DNA from: Mobula hypostoma | Lineage: Eukaryota | DNA length: 64,000 nt | Reading direction: 5' to 3' | NCBI RefSeq assembly: GCF_963921235.1 | Contig: NC_086097.1 | Span: 203,176,001-203,240,000, forward strand | In this document: positions 39,590-52,062 of the stretch, piece by piece | Layout: the number at the start of each line of letters is the position of its first letter | Numbering within the stretch: position 1 is the stretch's first letter | The notes under the pieces: model-generated | The model's input: the letters and a program-made list of their open reading frames with translations, nothing else | Databases searched by the model: none | What the model was told of the DNA's origin: nothing | Position numbers and translations under genes: made by a program

Positions 39590-39736
39590 CTTCATTTTCT
39601 CACAGTCCAGCAGGATTCTGAATAAGTCCAAGTAATCCTTGTAAGATGGAACTCTCCATTTTCCTGTTGCTACAGTGCCACTGGTGCCGGATGACTGTTG
39701 TGTATTTGATCCCAGCCCAAGTTTCCCTGTTCCCTC
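39590..39736 (-). CDS. PRKDC: DNA-PKcs exon (~exon 15), 147 nt; acceptor position less certain
   Basis: tag|[49 protein letters not shown]|gtatcc; 3' half matches human TGKWKVPTYKDYVDLFR. Confidence 0.88.
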
Positions 39737-39769
39737 CTAAGGATTTAATTAAAATTTCCATTGGTTAAC

Positions 39770-40790
39770 ATCATAAACCAACACACAATGAGGAAATATG
39801 CTGAGTAAAGATAACACTGAAAAGGAAAACTTTGAACAGCAAGTGTAGGTAATTGATAAGTGTGGTCAGCAGAGAAGGTGAAAGCACTAGAAGATTTGAA
39901 TACAGTCTTAATGCAATTATGTAGGCCCTTGCTGATACCGGACCTGAAATATTTATACACAGTTTTGTTCTCACCAAAATAAGGATATAGCTGATACAGG
40001 CAAGTACATCTGGGTGTTGAGATGTGAGGCCTGTTTGCTACATTTAAGAATGAGAGGTGATCTTGTTGAAACTTGAAAATTCTCACAGGGCTCAACACAG
40101 TGGATATAGGGAAGATATCTCCTTTGGCTCAGAGGAGAATCCACAATGTACACCACAGCCTCAGAATAAGAAGTCAAGTGGTTCAATTTAATATCAGAGA
40201 ATGCATATAGTATACAACCTGAAATTCTTACTCTTCGCAGATATCCATGAAACAAGAAACCGCATAGAATAAATGATAGAACCATCAGAACCACAAAGCC
40301 TCCCCAAGCACAAGCATCGACCCTCCCCCACCTGCTCCCCCTCCTCTCCATCAGCAGAAGCACCGACCTCCCCTCCACCATACAAGCAATCGCAAAAGTC
40401 CCCCCACCCCCAGAGATCTTGATCTAGAGTCCATCAAAAACTGCAGTCCATAATCCAGAAGTTCAGTATCTCAGAAAGGCTCTCTCTCTCCATCGAGGGA
40501 GAGAGAGGTCACTCCTGCAACAATGAAAACAGAGTCCCGATGTTACAGTCTTCTGCGTCATCTACTTACGACGGAAATGAAAAATTTTCTCACTCAGAGG
40601 AAGGAGAATCTTCGGAGCTCCGTGTCCCCAAGGGGTACGGAGGCCCAGTCATTGTGCTCATTCCAAAAAGAGATCAATAGACAGTACGAAGACCAAGGGA
40701 AATGGGGAGAACACAGATAAATTAAACTGTGGTAGAAAGCCAGTATTGAGTTAATGAATGAAGGAGCAGAATAAAAGGACCTAATATTGA
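39770..40790 (+). mobile_element. decayed CR1 3' region containing a retroposon insertion (40176-40560, -)
   Basis: CR1-like agaatgagaggtgatctt..tttctcactcagagg; the insert resembles the 3' half of 12487-13300. Confidence 0.6.
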
Positions 40791-41242
40791 TCCTGCGATC
40801 ATCAATATAATGACCTGTGTAAAGCCTTGGCCAGGATGCGGACTCTCAGGAAATGAGGGCAACTGACCTCCTGTAAATGCAACCACCTCGTCCAGCTTTT
40901 GTAATCATTAACTTGTGAAAAAACTAAGCTCAATGACCTGATTACAGGTACATGGAAAATAAAAAAACATAATAGATGCTGGAAATGAAGCAGAAAATTC
41001 AGGAAACACTCAAAAGATTACACATTATCCCTAGTTGGATATAAGCAAGAGATCCCGTGCTTTCTGATTCACCCTATGAGGTTTACTTTTGAGGGCAATG
41101 AATCTCACTGGAACCTTCCAAGGTATTCTGATGAAGGATCAATAACACAATGTTTTCATTCCATTTCTCTCAAGCATTGCATGATTAGCTGTTCAGCATT
41201 TTCTGTTTCTTTTACCAAAGGGGAAACCTAGCTGACAATGTA

Positions 41243-42635
41243 CAATGCTTATAAAAAATACTCCCCCCACCCCGAAGCTTTCATGTTTTATTGCTTTACA
41301 ACATTGAATCACCATGGATTTAATTTGGCTTTTTTCTGACACTGATCAACAGAAAAAGACTCTCTCATGTTGAAGTGAAAACAGATCTCTACAAAGTGAT
41401 CTAAATTAATCACAGATTTAAAACACAAAATAATTGATTGCATATGTATTCATCCCTTTTAATATGGCACACCAACTCAACACTTGCGCAACCTCACATA
41501 ATTAGTTAAATGGAGATCACCTGTGTGCAGTCAAAGTGTTTCAATCGATTAAGGTAAAAATACACCTGCATCTGGAAGGTTCAACTGCTGGTAAGTCAGT
41601 ATCCTGGCAAAAACTACACAACGAAGACATAAGAACACTCCAAGAAACTCTGCAGAGAGGTTATTGAAAAGCACAAGTCAGGAGATGGATTCAAGAAAAT
41701 GTCCAAGTCACTGAATAACCCTTGGAGTACAGTTAAGTCAATTGTCAATAAATGGAAAGAATATTGCACAGCTGTAAATCTGCCCAGAGCAGGAGGTCCT
41801 CAAAAACTGAGTGACTGTGCAAGAAGGGGACTAGTGAGGGTGACCACCAAGAGACCTATGACAACTCTGGAGGAGCTATAAGCTTCAGTGGCTGAGATGG
41901 GAGAGACTGTGCATACAACAACTGTTGCCCAGGTGCTTCACCAGTTGCTGCTTTATGGAAGAGTGGCAAAAAGAAAGCCACTGTTGAAAGAACATCACAT
42001 CAGCTGGAGTTTGCCAGAAGGCATGTGGGAGACTCTGAAGTCAGCTGGAAGAAAGTTCTATGGTCTGATGAAACTAAAATTGAGCTTTTTGGCCATCAGA
42101 TTAAACACTATGTTTGGCATAAGCCGAATGCCGCACATCATCAAAAACTCACCATCCCAACCATGAAGCATGCTGGTGGCTGCATCATGCTGTGAAGATG
42201 CTTCACTGCAGCAGGCCCTGGAAGGCTTGTGAAGGTAAAAGGTAAAATGAATGCAGCAAAATACAGGGAAATCCTGGAGGAAAACTTGATGCAGTCTTCA
42301 AGAGTACAGTGATTTCAGAGAAGATTTGTTTTCCAGCAAGACAATAACTCCAAGCATAGAGCCAAAGCTACACAGGAATGGCTTAAAAACAACAAAGTTG
42401 TTTTCCTGGAGTGGCTGGAGTGACCTCAATCCAATTGAGAATTTGTGGCTTGGCTTGAAAAGGGCTGTCCACTCACAATCCCCATGCAATCTGACAGAGC
42501 TTGAGCAGTTTTGTAAAAAGAATGGGGGAAAATTGCAGTGTCCAGATGTGCAAAGCTGATAGAGACCTATTCACACAGACTCCGTGCCACAATTGCTGCC
42601 AAAGGTTCATCTACTAAATACTGATTTGAAGGGGG
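41243..42635 (+). mobile_element. Tc1 transposon, same family as 16289-17566, right TIR missing
   Basis: TA|caatgc start; paired-like DNA-binding domain STVKSIVNKWKEY; WSDETKIELFG; DLNPIENLW. Confidence 0.9.
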
Positions 42636-42641
42636 CAAGTG

Positions 42642-43870
42642 AAGTGGTGCTAGCAAGTTTGTGAACCATGTAGAATTTTCTCTACTTCTGCATAAATATG
42701 ACATAAAACATGATCAGATCTTCATGCAAGTACTAAAACTAGATAGAGAACACAATTAAATCAATATCACAAAAAAAACATTATGCTTGTTCATTTATTT
42801 TTGAGAAAAATGATCCAATATTACATGTCTTTGTTGAAACAAGTATGTAAACCTCTGGGGTAATGTGTTCTACAAAAGCTATCTGGAATCAGGTGTTCCA
42901 ATCAATGAGGTGAGATTGGAGGTGTGGTCGGTGCCCTGCCCTATAAAAAAGACACACAAAGTCAGGTTACTGACAGAGTCTGCTCTTCTCAAGAAAGATC
43001 TGGTTATGTGCACCATGCTTCGATCACAACAACTTTCAGAGGACCTTAGAAGAAGAATTGTAGAGATGCATGAAGCTGGAAAAGGATACAAAAGCATTTC
43101 CAAAGACCAGAGTGTTCATCAGACCACAGTAAGAGAAACTGTCTACAAATGTAGGAAATTTGGCACTGTTGCTACTTTCCCGAGGAGTAGGCATCCTGCA
43201 AAGATCACACCAAGAGCACAACGTGTAATGCTGAAGAAGGTGAAAAAGACCCAAGGGTAACAGCAAAAGACCTGCAGAAACCTGTTAACGTCTCTGTTCA
43301 TGTGTCCACTATAAGAAAAACACTGAAGAAGAATGATGTTCATAGAAGGACACCATGGAGGAAACGACTGCTCTGCAAAAAACACTGCTGCATATCTCAA
43401 GTCTGTAAAAGACCACCTGGATGTTCTACAACGCTTCAGGGACAATATTCTGTGGCCAGATGAGACAAAAGTTGAACTTTCCGGCAGAAGTGCAAATTGC
43501 TATGTTTGGAGGAAAAAGGGCACTGGTCACCAACACCAAAACCTCACCTCAACTGTGAAGCATGGTGGAAGGATCAGCATTGTTTGGGCCTGCTTTGCTG
43601 CCTCAGGATCTGGACAGCTTGCAATCATTGCGGGAACAATCAATTCAAAATTGTATCAGGGCATTTTACAGGAGCATGTCAGGATAGTAGTCCGTCACCT
43701 GAAGCTTAATAGAAGTTGGATAATGCAACAAGACAATGACCTAAAAGACCAGAGTAAATCAGCAACAGAATGGTTCAAAAAGAAGTAAATTTTTGTTTTG
43801 GAATGACCGAGTCAAAGTCCTGGCCTTAATCCAAAAGCAGTGTTGTGGAAGGACCTGAAGCGAGCAGTTA
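42642..43870 (+). mobile_element. second Tc1 family, 3'-truncated by a CR1
   Basis: LSEDLRRRIVEMHEAGKGYKSISK; WPDETKVEL; TVKHGG; MQQDNDLK. Confidence 0.9.
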
Positions 43871-45605
43871 GACCATAAGACATCGGAGCAGAATTAGGCC
43901 ATTCAGCTCGAGTCTGCTCTGCCATTCCATCATGTCTGGTCCTGAATCCCACTCAATCCCATACACCTGCCTTCTTGCAATATCCTTTGATGCCCTGACT
44001 GATTAGGAAACTTTTGCCTTAAATATACCCACGGACTTGGCTTCCACTGCAGTCTGTGGCAGAGCATTCCACAGATCTGCTACTCTCTGGCTAACAAAAA
44101 TTCCACTTTACCTGTTCTAAAAGATCACCCCTCAATTTTGAGGCTGTGCTCTCTAGTTCTGGATACCCCCACCATAGGAAACATCCTCTCCACATCCACC
44201 CCATCTAGTCCTATCAACATTCAGTCTGTTTCAATAAGATCCCCACATATTCTTCTAAATTTCAGTGAGTACAGGCCCAAAGCTGCCAAACACTCCTCAT
44301 ATGTTAACCACGTTATTCCCAGAATCATCCTCGTGAACCTCCTGTGGACTCTCTCCAAAGGTAACACATCCCTTCTGAGATATGGGGCCCAAAACTGTTG
44401 ACAAAATTCCAAGTGCGGCCTGACTAGTGTCTTTTAATGCCTCAGCATTACCTCCTTGCTTTTATATTCTATTCCCCTTGAAATAAATGCCAATATTACA
44501 TCTGCCTTCTTCAGCACACAGTTAACCTGTAAGTTAACCTCCTGGGAGTCTTGCATGAGGACCCCTAAGACCCTCTGCACCTCTGATAGTCATACTTTAT
44601 TGATCCCAGGGGGAAATTGGTTTTCGTTACAGTTGCACCATAAATAATAAATAGTAATAGAACCATAAATAGTTAAATAGTAATATGTAAATTATGCCAG
44701 TAAGTTATGAAATGTCCAGGACCAGCCTATCGGCACAGGGTGTCTGACCCTCCAAGGGAGGAGTTGTAAAGTTTGATGGCCACAGGCAGGAATGACTTCC
44801 TATGACACTCTGTGCTGCATCTTGGAGGAATGAGTCTCTGGCTGAATGTACTCCTGTGTCCACCCAGTACATTATGTAGTGGATGGGAGACATTGACCAA
44901 GATGGCATGCAACTTAGACAGCAACCTCTTTTTTTCAGACATGTTTGAACCTTCTCCCCATTTAGATAATAGTCTGCTCTATTGTTCCTCTTACCAAACT
45001 GCATTATCATAATTTCCCAACACTGTATTCCATTTGCCACTTTTTTGCCCATTCTTCCAATTTGTCTTAGTCATGCTGCAATCACATTGCTTCCTCAGCA
45101 CTACCTACCCCGCCACTATCATCCGCAAGCTTTCCACAAAGCCATCAATTCCATTTCCAAACCATTGACAAACAATGTGAAGAGTAACGGTCCCAATACT
45201 GACCCCTGAGGAACACCACTAGTCACTGGCAACCAACCAGAAAAACCCCCTTTTCTCCCCCACTGGCTGTCAGCCATTCCTCTATCCATGCCAGTATCTT
45301 TCCTGTAACACCAGAGGATTTTATCTTGTTAAGCAGCCTTATAAGGTGTGGCCCCTTATCAAATGCCTTCTGAAAATCCAAGCAAATGACAATTTTCACG
45401 TCACATGCCAACGATAAGAAACCTGATTCTAATCCATCACCTCTCCTTTGTCCACTCTGCTTGTTACTTCCTCGGAGAACTCTAACAAATTTGTCAGGCA
45501 AGATTTCCCTTTACAGAAACCATGCTGACTTTGACTTATTTTATCATTAGTCTCCAAGTACCCCGAAACCTTATCCTTCATAATAGACTCCAATACTTTC
45601 TTAGG
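43869..45605 (-). mobile_element. CR1 fragment with a nested Rex copy
   Basis: QFWAPYLRRDV and CLDFQKAFDK; tail agaccataagacat. Confidence 0.82.
44586..44941 (-). mobile_element. young Rex/Babar family 3' end (copy 2)
   Basis: near-identical to 14055-14410. Confidence 0.85.
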
Positions 45606-46045
45606 CTAACTAGCCAGTTCATGCAAGGAAGCCCACCTACATCCCAGATTTGAAGCAGTATTGTAAGGAAAACTGGATTGGAATTCCTCCAAGCCAATGG
45701 AGTTTGGTAGCATCCAAGTGAGAAATTGTACTTGACAGATCAAGGAAAAAGCAGAGATCTGAGTCTGTTGAAGCCAATTCTTTGACAATCAGACTGATTG
45801 AACACAGATAATATGAGCAGGAAGGAATTGAGTTTACAAAGCGTAAAGCGACAAGGTCAACTGATAAAGCATTTTAGCACTTTCAGGTTAGAAAACTGAC
45901 AACATATTATAAATGTAGCCAATCAACAGATACTATCTCTGACACTATGTTGTTAATATACCAATCCTTCACATGAAATTCTTCTCTTCATGTTATTTTA
46001 ATAGACAATCATCCAGTGAAATTTTATGCAAGAATCTGCTAGTTT

Positions 46046-46758
46046 TACACCATTTATATATTACACCACAAAAAATAAATAGATTAAATTCAGATCTATT
46101 TGATAAATGCTTTCAGTGTAATCAAGAAATTGGTACTTTTTTTACATTCTACTTGGTCTTGTTTTAAAATTCAACCTTTTGGGATAAATTTAAGAGTCTT
46201 ATTGGAACAAATTACTGGAACTCAACTTCCACATAACCCTGTATTATTTCTATTAGGTGATATTGAAGGGATAAAACCGAAACTTAAATTGAATAAATAT
46301 CAGAAAGAATTTATAAAAATTGCATTGGCAGTAGCTAAGAAGACTATAGCAGTTACTTGGAAATCTGATTCGTATTTAAGTATGGATCGTTGGAATAATG
46401 AAATGGCTATTTCTATTCCACTCGAAAAAATTACTTATAATTTAAGAGATAAATATGTAACATTTTTGAATATTTGGCGCCCTTATTTACAAAAGATAGG
46501 ATGGCATATTTAAGTGCTCCGATAAAGACCTTGGTCCTTCGGGGAAAGTAACGAATAATTATACCAAATTTATTTTGAATCCCATGGAGCATGTGGAAAC
46601 CTTCCAATACCCAGGCGGTTCTTTTCTTTTTTTCTCTCTTTTCTTTCTTTTTAGGTAGGACTATATATGGGGGGGGGAGGGTTAAGGGGAGGGGGGAGGG
46701 TAGATTTTATCTTTTCATGTATTCTTTTTGAAAACTCAATAAAAATTATATTACAAAA
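46046..46758 (+). mobile_element. 5'-truncated L1, same family as 24522-30299
   Basis: matches 29585-30299; 16-bp TSD aagaatc(t/c)gctagttt at 46030-46045 and 46759-46774. Confidence 0.92.
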
Positions 46759-46893
46759 AAGAATCCGCTAGTTTGTCTGAAATAAAATTAATGCTAGTAT
46801 TCTTTACTTGAGAGCTCTTAGTCCACAATATGACCTTAGTGCAACCGTCAATGACTGCAACTCAGTGAAGCAGATCATACAAATTTTTCTTAC

Positions 46894-46943
46894 CCCGGGA
46901 AGGAGGACTGGCTTTGAACACACACGAATCAGACCCTGATGCA
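46894..46943 (-). CDS. PRKDC: DNA-PKcs exon (~exon 14), 50 nt
   Basis: cag|(V)HQGLIRVCSKPVLLPG|gtaaga; human VHQGLIRICSKPVVLPK. Confidence 0.95.
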
Positions 46944-47439
46944 CTGAAACACAATTTTTAAAAAACTTGAATCAAGGGGTCAATAAACTCAAGAACCAAA
47001 TTAATTCCCAAATTTATTTGGGCAACTTCAATAATTCTGTCAGACAATAAATGGAAAACCACCCTATGTAAACACAACATATTTCACAGTTTAACAAGTC
47101 ACCAAATGGCATTAATTCTTTTAATTTGCATTCACAGTTACAAGTTTTCCCCACATGTAAAACTTTCTTGCTCCACTGCCAAATATCAAAATTCCACCCC
47201 CAGCACTTTTTTCCAGCTTGACACAAAAATAATGTAAGCAATTTAGTGACTGTAAATCAAAACATTAAACTCATTTGCAATTTGGTTTAAGGGAATTCTA
47301 GTTTGCTAAATTTTCACAAAAAAATTATGTGAACAATGTTCTCAAACACTGTTCCTTTCAGAAGGCCAAAGATCATTTATTAAAGCACAAGAACTCCAGT
47401 CATCCTTGATGTTCGCCCCATTTAAGATAGAAACCTTTC

Positions 47440-48465
47440 CATAAGACCAGAAGACATTGGAGCAGAATTCGATCATTCAGCCCATCGAATCTTCACCATT
47501 ATTTGATCATGTTTATCCATTTTCCTCACAACTCCATTCTCCTGGAATCTCTCCATAACCTTTCACATCCTGACATCAAGAATCTATCAACCTCCACCTT
47601 AAATACGTCCAATGACCTGGCCTCCACAGCCTCCTGTCGCTATGAATTCTGCCCTCTGGCTAAAGAAATTCCCCCTTATCTCCATTCTAAATGGACATCC
47701 CTCTATTCTGAGGTTGTGCCCTCTACACTGGTCCTAGACACCCATTTGACTCTCTACATCCACTCCAACTAAGCCTTTCAACATTCAATAGGTTTCAATA
47801 AGATTCCACCTCATTCTTCTAAATTCTAGCGAGTACAGGCCTAGAGTCAAACATTCTTCATATGGTAAGCTTTTCATTCCCAGAATCATTTTTGTGAACC
47901 TCCTTTGAACCCTCTCCAATGTCAGCACATCCCTTCTTAGATTAAGGGACCCAAAACAGCACACAATAATCCAAGTGTGGCCTCATCAGTGCCTTATAAA
48001 GCCTCAACATTACTTCCTTGCTTTCACATTCTAGTCCTCTCGATATGAATGCTAATATTGTATTTGCCTTCCTTACCACCGACTCAACCTGCAAGTTAAC
48101 CTACCAAGTACCACAGCATCTCAGATTTTTAGAATTTCTCCCCGTTTAGAAAATAGTCTACACTTTTATTCATTTTACCAAGGTGCATGACCATACACTT
48201 TGTAACACTGTATTACATCTGCCACTTCTTTGCCATTTTCCGAATCTATGTAAGTCTTTCTGCAGCATCCCTACTACCTTCAACGTTACCTGCCCCTCCA
48301 CCTATCTTCGTATCACCTGCAAACTTGGCTACAAAGCCATCAATTCCATCATCCAAATCACTGACATACAATGTAACAACAGGTGGTCCCTACACCGAGC
48401 CCTGCAGAACACCACTCATCACCGGCAGCCAATCAGAAAAAGCTCCCTTTATTCCTGCTTTATCC
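47440..48465 (-). mobile_element. decayed CR1 3' fragment
   Basis: collinear with 43870-45260 and 11772-13700. Confidence 0.75.
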
Positions 48466-48684
48466 ATGCTAGTATTAGAGTTGTTATTGTTTTCCCACTC
48501 AAATTTCAAACGGAAGTGGTTCAAAATATGCTATTCTCCCTTGCATAAGCTACATTCCTTCGCAAGCTAACTACATCTTTAACATTGCTGTGCATTAAGA
48601 AACCTTAGGGAATATTTTGCTAATCATGCCATATGAGAAAAGTGGCAGTTTAATATATTTATGGGAGTGAACAATTACACTGAC

Positions 48685-48853
48685 CTACTGTGCTAATAAA
48701 ACTCCAAAGCATCGGGCCTTTTCCAGCCAGAGCAATAAAGAGTTTAACAATGGATTGACAACAAACTGGTTGCATCTTTGTGCTGTATTGTGGGAAGCCA
48801 TCCATCTGAACCACTATTAGACGTTCTAACACTGATGTATAAACTCCAGGGAT
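48685..48853 (-). CDS. PRKDC: DNA-PKcs exon (~exon 13), 169 nt
   Basis: cag|[56 protein letters not shown]+G|gtcagt. Confidence 0.96.
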
Positions 48854-49389
48854 CTGAAGAAGAAGAAAAAAATCCAATAATAGATATAAACTATGCATTT
48901 TTCAATAAATTTCTCATTTCAAACAGCTGAAGCAGAATTTTTGTTCTCTGATAACTTAAAAACATTTTTTAAAAATGAAGATATTTTAAAAGTCTTGCTT
49001 TTGGTCAATTTCTGAGAGTATTTTGTTAATCAGGAACATGAATGACTAAGGAATTCCCTCCATCAATCTTGACAAAGGCACTGGTGCATGCAGTTGTCAT
49101 GCCACAAATTGGCTGGACATGCAATCACTGTATAAAGGCAGTAGAACCAGTTCCCTGGTTCACCTTCTGGCACTGCATCCAGTGGCATACAAAATACTTT
49201 CTTGTAAACTAATTTTGAGAAATTAAGTCACAATTTAATCCTTGCTATTAAAATATAATTTAAAATCAATATATTGTAAACCTTATGGGTGCAAATGAAA
49301 CTGAAAGTAAGATAAAAATCTCATTAACAAAAGACAAGCATGGAATGTTTCTGAAAGTTTCTGAAGGAACCAACATTGGATACACTTAC

Positions 49390-49554
49390 CTTGTCAATAT
49401 GGAAGATGACATATGCAATGGAGTCTAAGAAACTGGGAAGCTGATAAATATTGTCATCTTCAGTATCTGCTTCTGTAAGATACATCTGTTTGCAACGCTG
49501 AATCAACTCCGTGTACATTAAGTCAACATTTTGTGAGTTCACAGCCTTACAGGG
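49390..49554 (-). CDS. PRKDC: DNA-PKcs exon (~exon 12), 165 nt
   Basis: cag|PCKAVNSQNVDLMYTELIQRCKQMYLTEADTEDDNIYQLPSFLDSIAYVIFHIDK|gtaagt. Confidence 0.96.
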
Positions 49555-50319
49555 CTGAAATGATAGAGAAAGCATTAAAATTAAACCTTTTGACTCTATT
49601 AGTTTTGGTGCATTCATTGTAAAGGTTAAGACAAGAACCAAAGTGCAGTTCTTTCAAAAATATTGCAGAACTTGTTAATGTTAATGTCTTTAATATTTCT
49701 GATTAATTTGTTACATCACTAGCCCTTTAGAACTGATCTGTAATTTGTCTAATCAAGTCCTTTCACAAGACATCCAGAACCAATGATATTAACCCACCCT
49801 CAAGTCTTGCACCTGCCTCAAATATTTCTCAGTTTTCCTTAAAAATGCAACTGTGTCCAACTCACCCTTGCTTCATTGCGCTAACAATTGACTCTTGTAT
49901 TATGAATCAACCTTCATCCTTTCAGGCACAGCATTCCAAATCTTGATTGGTTGCATTAAAACTCTCAAAACCCAATATGGTCAATACAAATTCTCAAAAG
50001 CAGAGAAGACATCAAAGTGATGCACATACACTGCACTACTTGAAAAACACTGAGCTTTTGTAAAGATAATACAGAGTGTAGTGGATATAATTAACACTTT
50101 TTTTTAGGGAGAAGATAAAGGAGTTGATGTACAGTTCCATAATAAGCAAAAGAAAATAAAGAAAATAAAACAGCTGAAATAATTTGCGGGAGGAAACGAA
50201 AGGTGATCATAAAAATGGATCTTGAACAATGGGAAGATGAATGGATCCCACAGTTTACTTACAACATGCAAAGTGAAAATAAAAGAAGAAAGCAGAAGGT
50301 AAAGCTATACAAATTAATG

Positions 50320-50545
50320 GTGAGCAAAAAACAAGATGCTGCAGAAATCAGTGGGTGAGACAGCACCGGAAATAGGGAAAGAGATAGTTGATGTTTTCGG
50401 ATGGGCCCCTTCAACTGGACTTGATGTGAAGGGTCTCTCCTGGAATTGATGACTGTCAATTTTCCTCCGCAGATGCTGCCTAATCTGCTGAGCTCAACTA
50501 GCATCTTGTTAGTTGTGTCAAATTCTAGCATCTGCCGTCTCTTAC
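50320..50545. mobile_element. old Penelope-like fold-back remnant
   Basis: aagatgctgcagaaatcag...cagatgctgcctaatctgctgag...tagcatctgc; eroded hammerhead core gtgaagggtctctcctggaa. Confidence 0.55.
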
Positions 50546-51450
50546 ATCCACAAATCAATAGTGAGATTGTAATTAGAACAAGATGCCTTTAAGAAGGTGA
50601 TGAAACAAAGATGATACAGAACAATTCATGATGATGATGGCGGGAATGAGCACTTCCACTGTCACTAAAAACACCATTAAACTGACACTTCATGAGGAAA
50701 AGTAAAGTTCAAAAGAAATGCAATAATCAAAACTAGAAGAAAAACAAAAGCAATCTGATAGAAAAAAAGAAAATACTGGATTTAATATGAGAGTACTGCA
50801 AAATAATAATCTATATGATATAACTAAATATTGCTTTTGTAATTATCTCTTCATATTTAATTTGTTGGCCAACATTTGTAATGATATTCAATACAATTAT
50901 GTGCCCAGAGAAGAAAAAGTCATCTACTTACAATTCTGCTTAATATATTAGCTAAACTCAGTAAGTATCTTGCTCTTATAAAAATAAACTCAATTGGTAT
51001 AATTGCTAGGCACTATGAAATCATACCGATTTCTTAATCCTCTGTTAAAGATCACGTGCTGAAAATGCAACAAAATTTATAAATATACTTGATAACAACA
51101 ATGGAGCGTCTTAAATTCTGTTATAAACAGTGCAAATATTCTCTTCCCCGAAACTTCATCAGTAAATTAGACATCTATAAAACTCATCAACCATTCTTTA
51201 GAATCCCAGTAGAACTGCCAGTTAAATCAGGTAGATTTTACTTGTGGGATCAAACTTCAACAGCAGGGAAATTATACATTTGAAGTTCCACTTGTTGAGA
51301 TAGCGCTCTCACAGTTCCCTTACCTAGAATGACATCCAATTATTGAAACTCACTTTTCCTGTAAACTGTGATTAACTTTTACATAAATATTCCTACTTAT
51401 GTACTTTATAAATACAAAGGAGGAGCTCACATAACAATTTAGAAACATAC

Positions 51451-51597
51451 AGCTGCAAAAAGTCCATATCCTCGAATGGCAATCGAGAGTTCCTTATTAC
51501 TTGATTCCATTGTCCGGATTATGCTATAAAACTGTTCCATAAAGTACTGCAACTTATCTTTATGCGCATGTGCATTTTTTGCCACTTGTAGTGCAAT
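51451..51597 (-). CDS. PRKDC: DNA-PKcs exon (~exon 11), 147 nt
   Basis: cag|[49 protein letters not shown]|gtatgt. Confidence 0.96.
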
Positions 51598-51994
51598 CTG
51601 TGTATGAAAAAGACAAAAGAAAACAAATTAATTGTTTTACCTGCTTTCATGTACTCTGTTGTAATCTAGGAAAAGTTGTGGTCCGAGTTATGTGTGAATG
51701 TATCTGTTATTAAGACTACTGGTCATAATATCCTCTAATGCAGCCTTACAGAACTTTTTTACCTCTGGAAAAACAATTTCAAAGGGAAAGGAAAAAATTA
51801 GGCATTCTGTTTAATTAGCATCCATTTCAACACTGTCAACTTTACAGTTATATCAAAGTGAAAACAGGTTACAATCATACAGATCTTTGACACCCTGATA
51901 CTAATTGAATAAATGTACATCTACATTTTCAGAATGAACTAATTAAAGATCTAAAGTGATAAGAACTTGAACATGCAAATGGTAAAATATCAAA

Positions 51995-52062
51995 CAACAT
52001 TATGTATTTACTTTTCCATTGAAGTAGAACTACTTCGATGGAAAAGTAAATACATAATGTTG
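51995..52062. repeat. 68-bp near-perfect palindrome
   Basis: 33-bp arms (51995-52027, 52030-52062), one mismatch, 2-nt loop. Confidence 0.95.

Noticed and set aside
41124..41160. ctgatga hammerhead-like core, also eroded cores at ~50430 and ~63053
   Set aside because: GAAA or stem elements are mutated; these are decayed Penelope remnants, not called as ribozymes.
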